From: Octopus sinensis
Taxonomy: Eukaryota
Direction of reading: 5' to 3'
NCBI RefSeq assembly: GCF_006345805.1
Contig: NC_043001.1
Coordinates: 135,346,001 to 135,410,000 of the forward strand
Length of the DNA stretch: 64,000 nt
Positions within the stretch are counted from its first letter, which is position 1; every line of letters begins with the position of its first letter. This document shows, piece after piece, positions 63,788-64,000 of this stretch. The notes below the pieces were generated by a model that was not told the DNA's origin, searched no databases, and was given only the letters and a program-made list of their open reading frames with translations. The position numbers were made by a program, and so were the translations under genes.

Positions 63788-64000
63788 GCCGTTGCCAGCG
63801 CCGCCTGGCCGTTGCCAGCGCCGCGTTGGCTGGCTTCCGTGCCAGTGGCACGTTAAAAGCTCCAACCGATCGTGGCCGATGCTGGACCCCCCTGGCACCT
63901 GTGCAAGTGGCACGTAAAAAGCACCCACTACACTCGTGGAGTGGTTGGCGTTAGGAAGGGCATCCAGCTGTAGAAACTCTGCCAGATCAGACTAGAGCCT
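63788..64000 (+). mobile_element. SINE family C running off the window end
   Basis: gtggcacgtaaaaagcacccactacactcgtggagtggttggcgttaggaagggcatccag. Confidence 0.85.

Overview
This is AT-rich, microsatellite-laden eukaryotic DNA. The SINE and LINE repertoire looks like an octopus (cephalopod) genome, which is my inference from recognising the repeat families. It is essentially intronic or intergenic. I found no confident host protein-coding gene, only one weak exon candidate at about 34.2-34.5 kb (-), and almost all ORF-track entries are simple-repeat or SINE artefacts. The window holds dozens of copies of four SINE-like families, fragments of CR1-, RTE-, R4/Dong-, CRE- and Penelope-type retroelements, a decayed Tc1/mariner transposase, mariner and TTAA MITEs, a foldback element and a Helitron-like element. 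The most interesting signal is RNA-level: five minimal type-I hammerhead ribozyme motifs from four unrelated sequence families (12329-12395 +, 13127-13196 -, 14856-14896 -, and a decayed tandem pair at 56482-56526 and 57293-57339 -). They sit in non-coding, Penelope-pLTR-like or retrozyme-like repeats, and one lies between perfect 47-bp inverted repeats. Also notable is a 9 x 118-bp tandem array amplified from inside an RTE reverse-transcriptase coding region. All alignments and folds were done by eye, so repeat boundaries are approximate.
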